DNA of 60,603 nt, the filler included, from Sandaracinaceae bacterium (GTDB lineage Bacteria > Myxococcota_A > Polyangia > Polyangiales > JADJQN01): NCBI GenBank assembly GCA_947483975.1. It is 4 parts of 4 records of this genome, joined end to end, with 100 filler letters (N's around TTAATTAATTAA, not from the genome) between each part and the next. Parts side by side here need not be neighbours in the genome. Positions count along the whole stretch, not along the records: positions 15,209 to 30,300 come from CANKOL010000099.1; 3 more parts are not named here. One strand, 5' to 3'. Positions 18,607-26,843 of the stretch are shown in pieces; position 1 is the stretch's first letter; each line of letters starts with the position of its first letter. Both the position numbers and the translations under genes were made by a program. Below the pieces are notes generated by a model. The model searched no databases. It saw nothing but the letters and a program-made list of their open reading frames with translations, and was not told where the DNA came from.

Positions 18607-19188
18607 TTACCACGCGCGTGGCGAGAGCAGTCCGGCGTCGAGGAACGAGAAGTGCGCGTCGTTCCCGACGATGATGTGGTCGAGCAGCCGCACGCCGAGC
18701 ACTTCTGCCCCGCGCGCAATCCGCTCGGTGAGCACGAGATCTTCTTGGCTCGGCTTCGTCTCGCCTGACGGATGGTTGTGAACGACAACAGCCGCGGCGC
18801 AGGCGTTGAGCAGAAGCGGACGAAGGATGTCGCGCGGGGTCACCGCGCACGAACTGATGCCGCCGCGGCACACGCACTGCATCAGCCGCACCGCGTTTCT
18901 GTTGTCGAGCCCGACGACGTGGAGCGACTCCACGGTGTCGCCCCGCAGCAGCGGGACGTAGTGCTGCGCGACGTCCCTGCTCGAGTTGATCCGTGAGCCG
19001 AGAAGGTCGTCCGCTCGACCGCCGCGCCGCACGAGCTCGCGCAGCGCATGGACCTTCGCGGCCACCTTCGCGGGCGGCACGACGTCCTCGTCGAGCAGCT
19101 GCGAAGGCTGAAGGTGCGACGCCAGCGCCACCTTCGGCAGCAGTGTCGCGACGAGTTCATCAACCCGCGTGAGCCCGTGTCTCATCAC
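18607..19188 (-). CDS. radC: RadC-like JAB-domain protein
   Basis: 'ESLHVVGLDNRN', 'HNHPSG..PSQED', 'LLDHIIVG...FSF'. Confidence 0.92.
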   Translation of the reverse strand: MMRHGLTRVDELVATLLPKVALASHLQPSQLLDEDVVPPAKVAAKVHALRELVRRGGRADDLLGSRINSSRDVAQHYVPLLRGDTVESLHVVGLDNRNAVRLMQCVCRGGISSCAVTPRDILRPLLLNACAAAVVVHNHPSGETKPSQEDLVLTERIARGAEVLGVRLLDHIIVGNDAHFSFLDAGLLSPRAW

Positions 19189-20018
19189 GTACCTCCCACG
19201 GCGGCGGAGAGTGCGTCGAGAAACGTGGCGAACCGGCGGATGTGGCGACGCTCCGTAGGTCGCCTGGGCGGCTCTACAGCGCGTTCTGGCGTGGTCGGTG
19301 CCCAGGCGGGCTCGGGAAGGCGGTAGCGGGCATCCTGAGCGCCGGAATCGACACCCTCGATCGACGAGGATGCCGAGACAGTCTCACGCGCGTGGGGGGT
19401 CTCGACGACCCCGACCGCGGCGACGGCCACCTCGGGAGGCGGCTCGACGAGCGGGACAACGACCGCCTCCGCCGAGAGCTGCACCGGCTGTAGATGCAGC
19501 CGCACGATCCCCCGCGAGCGTTCCGTCATGTAGATGATGCACAGCGAGTTGTCGGTGAGCAGGGCCGAGCACCCGCTCACGCGTCGGACCTCGTGGAAGA
19601 GCTGGTGCAGCTTGCGGCTGCTGACTGCTCCACGATCTCCGAACACGATGAAGTGGTGATCGCCGATGCACGCGATCTCCGCGAGCAGGTGCAAGTCGAG
19701 CTCGCAGGTCCCGGCGTTGTCGAACACGGCCGAGCGCCCCAGCTGCTCCGCGAGCTCAGCCGCGCGACGGTTCTCCATGCGCAGCTTCACGCCACGCAGC
19801 ACCTTCGGAGCGCCTTCGATCGTGCCGACGAGCACCGCGACGGGGTCGTCGTGCTCGCGGAGGCGACCGAGATTCTCCTTCGGGAAGTTGAGCAGGCTTG
19901 GGAGGTCGTCGAGATTCTCTTCGATGATCCCGCGAAGCCGAAGCTCGGCTCCCTCGACGCCCTGTCGGTAGAGCTTCGCAGCTCCGCGGAGCTCAGCGAT
20001 GCTCAGCGCCGGCGCCAT
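19185..20018 (-). CDS. Hypothetical protein (277 aa)
   Basis: Globular-looking composition, GGAG SD, overlaps both neighbours. Confidence 0.7.
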   Translation of the reverse strand: MAPALSIAELRGAAKLYRQGVEGAELRLRGIIEENLDDLPSLLNFPKENLGRLREHDDPVAVLVGTIEGAPKVLRGVKLRMENRRAAELAEQLGRSAVFDNAGTCELDLHLLAEIACIGDHHFIVFGDRGAVSSRKLHQLFHEVRRVSGCSALLTDNSLCIIYMTERSRGIVRLHLQPVQLSAEAVVVPLVEPPPEVAVAAVGVVETPHARETVSASSSIEGVDSGAQDARYRLPEPAWAPTTPERAVEPPRRPTERRHIRRFATFLDALSAAVGGT

Positions 20019-20383
20019 CGCTCCTCCTCGTCCTCGAGTAGGTCGCGTGGGTCATCCGCCCAGTTCGGCAGGTGAGCGCTGCGACGATCTTCGTAGCGCG
20101 GCGGAGGCGTAACGATCGGCGCTCGGTACCCTGGCTCGTTGTTGGTAGCCGCACGGGCGACCTCGACGACGACCCCGGCGACGACGCAGCCGGCCTCGAT
20201 GATCACGAGGCCGGAGTAGATGATGCCCGACGGGCTGACGACGCGGAGGCCGATGGGCGGCTCGACCAACGGGCGCAAGCGCTGGGCCGCGCGCTGCGTG
20301 AACGAAACTGCGACGTCGCAGAGAAAGAGAACCGCGGCCCCGAGGGTGCGGACGGTGTCCTGTGGCAGGTCAGCTGGATACAT
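20003..20383 (-). CDS. Hypothetical, probably membrane-associated protein (126 aa)
   Basis: ATG 20383 with GGGAGA SD; hydrophobic segments; overlaps downstream gene. Confidence 0.6.
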   Translation of the reverse strand: MYPADLPQDTVRTLGAAVLFLCDVAVSFTQRAAQRLRPLVEPPIGLRVVSPSGIIYSGLVIIEAGCVVAGVVVEVARAATNNEPGYRAPIVTPPPRYEDRRSAHLPNWADDPRDLLEDEEERWRRR

Positions 20384-20401
20384 GGTGTCTCCCAAAGACG
20401 A

Positions 20402-20446
20402 AGCCTCGGCCCCCGATCCCGCTGGGCGAGATCGAGAGCCGAGGCT
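20402..20446 (-). terminator. Hairpin between small protein gene and next ORF
   Basis: AGCCTCGGC...GCCGAGGCT 9-bp stem with inner CGATC/GATCG pairing, followed by TCGTCTTT on the minus strand. Confidence 0.5.
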
Positions 20447-20464
20447 GGCCGTGGTGAAGGTTGG

Positions 20465-20620
20465 TCAGCGCACCTTCGAGAAGAGCAGCGTCTTCACCAC
20501 CGCGATGCCGAGGGCCACGGCCGTGCCCGCGGCAGCGGACTGGACGCCCTTGTCCCGGATGACCGAGCCGAAGAAGCCGGGCTCGTTGTTCGTGGTCTCG
20601 TCGTTGTCGTTGTCGTTCAT
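20465..20620 (-). CDS. Small protein (51 aa), acidic N-terminus, single C-terminal hydrophobic helix
   Basis: ATG 20620 with AGGAGA SD; MNDNDNDETTNNEPGFFGSVIRDKGVQSAAAGTAVALGIAVVKTLLFSKVR. Confidence 0.6.
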   Translation of the reverse strand: MNDNDNDETTNNEPGFFGSVIRDKGVQSAAAGTAVALGIAVVKTLLFSKVR

Positions 20621-20913
20621 GTCGAGTCTCCTGAGAAGCGGAGCTGAGATAGCTGCCGTCATGTTCTTGATAGGAGAAACAGGGGCGGTTCTTGCAAGGG
20701 CCGAGCGGTGCTGCGCCCGCGCATGCGAGAATCGGCACGGCGCACGAGTCGGGCCCCCACGCACGCCGGACGATCGTTGCGCGACGATGACGACGACGAC
20801 GATGACGACGATGACGACGCGCAGCTCGGCCGCGTACCTCGAGCGGCTCCGCGTGGTGGCGTGACCCGGCACCGCGACTGCCACAGAGTCGCCCCGCCTG
20901 TACGATGGTCGTC

Positions 20914-21540
20914 GTGGAGCATCTCCTGGCCGAGGTCGTCGTCGCCGTGGGTGTCTTCGCGGGCACCAACGTGGACGACCTCGTCATCTTGACGGTGTTG
21001 TTCCTCGCGTCCCGCGCGTCAGGCCGACCGAAGGTCTCGGAGATCTGGGTCGGCCAATATGTCGGCATCGCGACGCTGCTCGCCGCGTCGAGCGGCGCCG
21101 CGCTGGGGATGATGCTCGTGCCGGACGAGTGGATCGGTCTGCTCGGCCTCGTGCCCGTCGCGCTCGGCACCTGGGGCATGATGAAGGCCGTGCGCGCGCA
21201 TCGCCGACGTGAGCACGAGAGCGAGCCGGCGGCGACGGCCGTCAGCGGCGTGCTCTCGGTCGCGGTCCTGACGATCGCCAACGGAGCGGACAACGTCTCC
21301 GTCTACACGCCGATGTTCCGCACGATCGGGCTTCCGCAGAGCGCAGTCACGGCCGCGGTGTTCGTCGTGATGATCGCCGGCTGGTGCGCGGCTGGCTCCT
21401 GGCTGAGTTCCCACAAGCGACCCATCGCGCTCGTGGAGCGCTACGGGCACTGGCTCGTGCCCGCAGTGTTCATCGTCGTCGGCGTGTTCATCGTGATCGA
21501 TTCGGGCGTGGCCGAGCACCTGGCGCGCGCGCTCCGCTAG
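20914..21540 (+). CDS. cadD: CadD-family cadmium resistance transporter
   Basis: 'FAGTNVDDLVIL', 'VGQYVG', 'TIANGADNVSVYTPMF'; GTG 20914 lies 7 nt after TACGAT (ATG 20905 is an alternative). Confidence 0.88.
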   Translation: MEHLLAEVVVAVGVFAGTNVDDLVILTVLFLASRASGRPKVSEIWVGQYVGIATLLAASSGAALGMMLVPDEWIGLLGLVPVALGTWGMMKAVRAHRRREHESEPAATAVSGVLSVAVLTIANGADNVSVYTPMFRTIGLPQSAVTAAVFVVMIAGWCAAGSWLSSHKRPIALVERYGHWLVPAVFIVVGVFIVIDSGVAEHLARALR

Positions 21541-21587
21541 GCGCCGCGCCGACCTCATCGGGCAGGCGTCGTGCTAGGGTTCCGCCC

Positions 21588-21947
21588 GTGCGCGAGCGAA
21601 CAACACTGCGAGTGGGTCGGCGCGCGCGCGACCTCGTAGCGTCGGTGCTCGTGCTGCTCGTGGTCGTGCTCTCGACGCCCGGCGTGGCCGATGTCGTCGA
21701 GGAGCTGGTCGCGCACTCCCTCGGCGTCGAGTGCTGCGATGACGGAGGTTGCTGCGACGGATCCGGACGGAGCTGTCCCGGGACGTGCCCGAGCTGCGCC
21801 TGCTGCGCGCCGTCGCGCGCCACGGTGACGACGGCTCAGCTCCTTCCCCCGCTCGAGCGCCCGCCTGTCGCGATCACCCGCGGCGGCAGCGAGCTCCCGC
21901 GCGCCCGCGGATTTCACGCTGCGCCCTTCCGACCTCCGACGGCCTGA
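21588..21947 (+). CDS. Cys-rich exported leader-like protein (DUF2946/CzcI-like) ending in RPP
   Basis: Signal/TM segment, 'CCDDGGCC...CPGTCPSCACC', C-terminal 'HAAPFRPPTA'; GTG 7 nt after TGcTAGGGT; directly upstream of an RND operon. Confidence 0.62.
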   Translation: MRERTTLRVGRRARDLVASVLVLLVVVLSTPGVADVVEELVAHSLGVECCDDGGCCDGSGRSCPGTCPSCACCAPSRATVTTAQLLPPLERPPVAITRGGSELPRARGFHAAPFRPPTA

Positions 21948-22084
21948 GCGTTCCTCTCGGGTAGCGCGGGTCGGTGCGAAGACGGCGGTCGCCTTCTCGC
22001 GCTGACGCGTGCCTTGGGGCCTGTGCGCCGCGCGTCGTGACCGCGCGGGCACTCGCTCGTTCGTCGCTCGGAGCTGCTTCCATC

Positions 22085-23299
22085 ATGACCCTTGTTCATC
22101 CGCTTGCGGTCGGCACCCCATGGCTCCCGATCTGCGCGCTCGCCTGCGTCATCTGCGCCGCGGGGGGCCTCTCCGCCTGTACCTCCGACCGGCCGCGCGC
22201 CGAGTCCGGCGGAGGCGCGGGCGAAGAAGGGCACGCGCCCGCTGACACGGCTCCCGCCGCCGGGGACGACGTCGTCCGGGTCGTGCCCAACATGCTGAGT
22301 GACCTGCGCGTGACGACCCAAGCTGCGGAGTCGAGACCCGCCGGCGACGTGGCCACGGTGCTCGGCGAGCTCCACGTCGACGAGGACGCCTACGCGGAGA
22401 TCGGCACCTCGCTGCCAGCCCGAGTGTGGCGCGTGCTCGCAGCTCCAGGCGACGTCGTCACCGCCGGCCAGCCGCTCGTCGAGCTCGAGAGCGCCGAGGT
22501 CGGAATGGCGCGGGGAGCGCGGCTCAGCGCCCGTGCACGCCTTGCGCTCGCGAGGCAGACGCTCGAGCGTCGCCGCCGTCTCGCGACCGATCAGGTCGTG
22601 CCCCAGCGCGAGCTGGAGGCCGCCGAGGCGGAGCTCGCGGAAGCGGACGCAGGGGACCGCGCCACACAACAATCGCTCGGTGCGGTTGGCGCTGCGCGAG
22701 GTTCCGGCGCGCGCTTCGCGCTCACGTCGCCTATCGCGGGGACCGTCCTCGATCGCACGGCGCTCCGCGGCCGGATGGTCGACGCCGAGCATCCGCTCTT
22801 CGTCGTGGGCGACCTCCGCCGCCTCTGGCTCATCGTCCACGCCTTCGAGCGCGACGCGGTGCGGATGACCATCGGCTCGACCGCGCGCGTCGCATTCACC
22901 GCGCTTCAGGGCCCGGCTACGGGCGGTCCGGTGATGCGCGTCGGGAGCCACGTTGATCCGACGTCGAGGACGATCGACGTGCGCATCGACGTCGACAACG
23001 AGACCGGGGTGTTGCGTCCCGGCATGGCGGCCAGCGCGCTCATCCCTCTGGGTGACGACGCCGGCACCATCGTGACCGTGCCCGTCGAGGCCATGCAGCG
23101 GCAGCCGCAGGGCTGGTGCGTCTTCCTCCCTCGGCAGGAGCCCGGCGTGTTCGACGTGCGCCCCGTCCGCCGTGGGCGAGACATCGGTGGCGAGGTCGAG
23201 GTCGTGTCGGGCCTGCGCGCCGGCGAGCGAGTCGTCGTCGACGGCGCGTTTCTCCTGGCGGCCGAGGCCAACAAGGCGCGCGGGGGAGGCGAGGAATGA
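22085..23299 (+). CDS. CzcB-like RND periplasmic adaptor
   Basis: Lipoprotein-like signal 'GGLSAC'; 'LTSPIAGTV', 'LFVVGDLRRLW', 'VDPTSRTI', 'LRPGM'. Confidence 0.88.
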   Translation: MTLVHPLAVGTPWLPICALACVICAAGGLSACTSDRPRAESGGGAGEEGHAPADTAPAAGDDVVRVVPNMLSDLRVTTQAAESRPAGDVATVLGELHVDEDAYAEIGTSLPARVWRVLAAPGDVVTAGQPLVELESAEVGMARGARLSARARLALARQTLERRRRLATDQVVPQRELEAAEAELAEADAGDRATQQSLGAVGAARGSGARFALTSPIAGTVLDRTALRGRMVDAEHPLFVVGDLRRLWLIVHAFERDAVRMTIGSTARVAFTALQGPATGGPVMRVGSHVDPTSRTIDVRIDVDNETGVLRPGMAASALIPLGDDAGTIVTVPVEAMQRQPQGWCVFLPRQEPGVFDVRPVRRGRDIGGEVEVVSGLRAGERVVVDGAFLLAAEANKARGGGEE

Positions 23300-26200
23300 T
23301 CGAGCGAATCATCCGCGCATCGTCGGGGAAGCCGCTCTTCGCGCTCGTGCTCACGCTCGGAGCTGCGGCGCTTGGCGTGAGCGCGTTTCGAGACCTGCGA
23401 CGCGACGTGTTCCCGGATCTGTCGGTCCCGACGTTCAACGTGATCGTCCAGAACCCCTCGATGGGCGCGGAGGAGCTCGAGACCGCCATCGCCATCCCGA
23501 TGGAGACCGCGCTCGCGGGGCTGCCCGACACTCGCCGCGTCCGCTCGGTCAACCAGCTCGGCGTGTCGCAGATCACGATCGAGTTCGAGGCGGACGCCGA
23601 CTACTTCCGTTCTCGGCAATCCGTCGCAGAGCGCGTGCAGCAGGTCGCCGTCTCGCTGCCCCCCGGCACGGCGCCGCCCGTACTCTCGAGCCTGACCGGA
23701 CGGCTCAACGAGATCCTCGAGCTGACGATCGAAGCGGCGCCCGGCACGGTAGATCTGATGACGCTGCGGGATCTCGCCGAGTTCGACGTGCGCAATCGGC
23801 TGCTCGCCGTGCCCGGCGTGGCGTCCGTCGAGCGGCTCGGCGGACTCCTGCGGCAGCTACAGGTGCGACTCGCCCCCGACCGCATGGTCGCTCGCGGGGT
23901 CACGCTCGACGAGGTGCTGCGGGCGCTCGAGGGCGCGAACCTCAACGCGTCGGGTGGCCTCGTCACGCAGGGCTCGCTCGAGTGGACGGTGCGCGCCATC
24001 GGTCGCGCAGAGACCGCCGCCGACGTAGGCGCGGTCGTCGTGGCGATGCGCGGCGCGACTCCCGTGCTGCTCGCCGACGTCGCCGAGATCCACGAGGGAG
24101 CGGCCGTGCGACGCGGGCTCGCGCATCGTCTCCACGGGGAGGTCGTGAGCTGCCGCGTATCCAAGCAGCTCGGTGCCGACACGGTGCAGGTCGCGGCCGG
24201 CGTGCGCGGCGCGCTCGCGGAGCTCGCTGGCGGGCTACCGCCCGGGGTGACCATCCGCGTCGCGAACGATCAATCGGATCTGGTCCGCTCGTCGCTCGAT
24301 GGGGTCGGGCGCGCGGTGCTGGTCGGCGCGGGGTTTGTCATCCTCGTGCTCTTCTCGCTGCTCGGCGACGCGCGCGCGGCGCTCCTCGTCACGCTGACGA
24401 TTCCGCTTTCACTGGCCATCGCCGGGCTGCTGCTCGAGCGCGTCGGTGTCGGCCTCAACACGATGACGCTCGGGGGGCTCGCGATCGCCGTGGGGCTGCT
24501 CGTCGACGCCTCGATCATCGTGGTCGAGAACGTCGTGCACCGCATTCAGGGCACGACGACGCCGGACGAGCGCAAGCGGACGGCGCTCCTGGCGGCGATC
24601 GAGGTCGGCGGGCCGATCGCCTTCGCGACCTTCATCGTCATCGCGGTCTTCCTCCCGCTCTTCGGCATGAGCGGCCTCGAGGGGCGCTTGTACGGTCCGC
24701 TCGCGGGGGCCGTCATCGCGTCGATGCTCGCGGCGCTGGTACTCGCGCTCACCGTGACGCCGCTCGCCTCAGGGCTGCTGCTCCGACCTCATCGCGCGGG
24801 TAGAGCCGACGACGTCTGGCTCGTCCGCGGCATCAAGCGCCTCTACGTGCCGGTCCTCGCGTGGTGCATGCGGCACGCCGGGCTCGTTCGTCTCCTCTCG
24901 CTCGCGCTCACCATCCCCGCCGTCGCCCTCGCGCTGCACATCGGTACGGACTTCATGCCCGAGCTCGACGAGGGCGCGCTCCTCCTGCAGACGGTGCTGC
25001 CCGCCGAAGCGTCGCTCGAGACCGTCGACCGGCTCAACGGTCGCGTCGAGGAAGTGCTGCGCACCTTCCCGGAAGTGGCCGACGTCGTGCGCCGCACGGG
25101 ACGCTCCGAGCAGGCAGAAGATCCGATGCCGCACACCGTCTCCGACGTGCTCGTCGCGCTCCGGCCGACTCGCGAGCGCTCCATCGACGAGCTCAGCCAA
25201 GCGATGCGCCAGAAGCTCGACGACGTGCCCGGCGTGTTGGTGCTCTTCACGACGCCGCTCGGAATGCGCATCGATGAAGGCCTCGGCGGAACGCCCGCGG
25301 ACCTCTCCGTTCGCGTGTTCGGCCCCGATCTCGCCACGCTCGCGCGCCTCGCCGACCGCGCCCGAGACATCGCCTCGAGCGTGCGCGGCATCGAGGACCT
25401 GCGCGTGGAAGAGGCCAACAGCCTCCCGCAGCTGCGCATCTCGCTCGATCGCCCGGCGCTCGCGCGCTTCGGCCTCACGCCCGGCGACGCGATCCGCGCG
25501 GTGCGCATCGGGCTCGTCGGCGAGGTGATGAGCGAGGTCTGGCGCGGGCAGCGTCACTTCGACCTCATCGTCCGCCTGAACGACGACTCGCGACGCGACG
25601 CCAGCGCCATTCGAGAGCTGCTCATCGACGGGCACGATGGAGCGCACGTCCCGCTCGGTCAGGTCGCGCGCATCGAGCCGACGGTCGGCCCCGGAGCCAT
25701 TCGTCGGGAGGCGGGCAGTCGCCGCATCGCGGTCGAGGCGAGCGTGTCCGGGCGCGACCTCGGCAGCACCGCGAGCGAGCTGCGCGAGAAGCTCGACGCC
25801 GAGCTGCACCGGCCTCCCGGCTACTTCTACGACCTCGGCGGCCGCATCGAGAACCAAGCCCGCGCGAGCAGGTCGCTCGCGGTCGCGATCGGCGTCGCGC
25901 TGGTCGCCGTCTTCTTGCTCCTGTACCTGGCGCTCGGCTCCATCGCGGACGCGCTCGTCATCCTCGCGACGCTGCCGGACGCGTTCGTCGGCGGCATTCT
26001 CGCGCTGTGGATCTCGGGCGGGACGTGGAACGTCTCGTCGCTCGTCGGGCTCATAGGCCTCTTCGGGATCGCGGTGCAAAACGGGCTCGTGCTCGTCACG
26101 CAGACGCGCGGACTGGTCGCCGGCGGCAAGCCCTTCGACGAAGCGCTTCGCGAGGCCTGCGTCGGGCGCGTGCGACCGAAGCTCATGACCGCGTCGACCG

Positions 26201-26397
26201 CGATCCTCGGCCTGCTACCGCTGCTCGTGCTGCGGTTGCACGGTACCGAGATCGAGCGCCCGCTCGCCATCGTGATGGTCGGCGGCCTCATCACGTCGAC
26301 CGCGTTCACGCTGCTCGCGCTGCCGACGTTCTACTCGCTCGTGCATCACCTGCGTGAACGACGGCGAGCGAGACTTGCCACCTACTACGACAGATAG
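23296..26397 (+). CDS. CusA/CzcA-family heavy-metal efflux RND permease (divalent-type)
   Basis: 'DVFPDLS', 'NTMTLGGLAIAVGLLVDASIIVVEN', 'FMPELDEG', 'RVRPKLMT', 'EIERPLAIVMVGG'; no CusA Met triad. Confidence 0.92.
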   Translation: MIERIIRASSGKPLFALVLTLGAAALGVSAFRDLRRDVFPDLSVPTFNVIVQNPSMGAEELETAIAIPMETALAGLPDTRRVRSVNQLGVSQITIEFEADADYFRSRQSVAERVQQVAVSLPPGTAPPVLSSLTGRLNEILELTIEAAPGTVDLMTLRDLAEFDVRNRLLAVPGVASVERLGGLLRQLQVRLAPDRMVARGVTLDEVLRALEGANLNASGGLVTQGSLEWTVRAIGRAETAADVGAVVVAMRGATPVLLADVAEIHEGAAVRRGLAHRLHGEVVSCRVSKQLGADTVQVAAGVRGALAELAGGLPPGVTIRVANDQSDLVRSSLDGVGRAVLVGAGFVILVLFSLLGDARAALLVTLTIPLSLAIAGLLLERVGVGLNTMTLGGLAIAVGLLVDASIIVVENVVHRIQGTTTPDERKRTALLAAIEVGGPIAFATFIVIAVFLPLFGMSGLEGRLYGPLAGAVIASMLAALVLALTVTPLASGLLLRPHRAGRADDVWLVRGIKRLYVPVLAWCMRHAGLVRLLSLALTIPAVALALHIGTDFMPELDEGALLLQTVLPAEASLETVDRLNGRVEEVLRTFPEVADVVRRTGRSEQAEDPMPHTVSDVLVALRPTRERSIDELSQAMRQKLDDVPGVLVLFTTPLGMRIDEGLGGTPADLSVRVFGPDLATLARLADRARDIASSVRGIEDLRVEEANSLPQLRISLDRPALARFGLTPGDAIRAVRIGLVGEVMSEVWRGQRHFDLIVRLNDDSRRDASAIRELLIDGHDGAHVPLGQVARIEPTVGPGAIRREAGSRRIAVEASVSGRDLGSTASELREKLDAELHRPPGYFYDLGGRIENQARASRSLAVAIGVALVAVFLLLYLALGSIADALVILATLPDAFVGGILALWISGGTWNVSSLVGLIGLFGIAVQNGLVLVTQTRGLVAGGKPFDEALREACVGRVRPKLMTASTAILGLLPLLVLRLHGTEIERPLAIVMVGGLITSTAFTLLALPTFYSLVHHLRERRRARLATYYDR

Positions 26398-26399
26398 TA
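26383..26399. promoter_or_regulatory. Putative BlaI-family operator 1 (TACTAC-N5-ATAGTA)
   Basis: TACTACGACAGATAGTA immediately upstream of the BlaI-family gene, preceded by TTGCCA. Confidence 0.72.
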
Positions 26400-26426
26400 C
26401 ATGCGTCTGACCTCGAGGTTCACGCC

Positions 26427-26843
26427 ATGACGTTTCACATCCGGACAGGGAAGAAAGGCGTCGCGCTCCGCCTGCACGATCTCGAGGCTGCGGTCATGGA
26501 GGTCATCTGGACGCGGCGACTGTCGGGATTCGCGGTGAGCGATGTCGTGGCCGTGCTCGAGAAGCGGCGTGACATCGCCTACACGACGGTGATGACCACG
26601 CTCGGTCGCCTCCACGACAAGGGCCTGCTGACCCGCGAGCGCGAGGGCAAGCGATACCTCTACACAGCCAAGCTCTCCCGTGCGGCGTTCCTCGAGTCGA
26701 CGGCGCGCGAGGTGCTCGACGGCGCGGTGGGCGGCCCTGGCGCGCTCGCGCTGCTCGTCGAGAAGGTCTCGGAGGCGTCGACCAGCGAGCTCGATGCGCT
26801 CGAGGCGTTGATCCAGCAGCGACGACGGGACCTCGACGCGTGA
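26427..26843 (+). CDS. BlaI/MecI/CopY-family transcriptional repressor
   Basis: 'LEAAVMEVIW', 'AYTTVMTTLGRLHDKGLL.R...GKRYLY'. Confidence 0.92.
   Translation: MTFHIRTGKKGVALRLHDLEAAVMEVIWTRRLSGFAVSDVVAVLEKRRDIAYTTVMTTLGRLHDKGLLTREREGKRYLYTAKLSRAAFLESTAREVLDGAVGGPGALALLVEKVSEASTSELDALEALIQQRRRDLDA

Noticed and set aside
15209..20620. Prophage
   Set aside because: No structural, terminase, integrase or lysis genes visible; only a mobile-element-like module can be claimed
20681..20696. Sigma54 -24/-12 promoter (AGGGGCGGTTCTTGCA)
   Set aside because: GG-N10-GC spacing and TTGCA are present but the -24 element is poor (no TGGCAC) and it points away from the module; too weak to call
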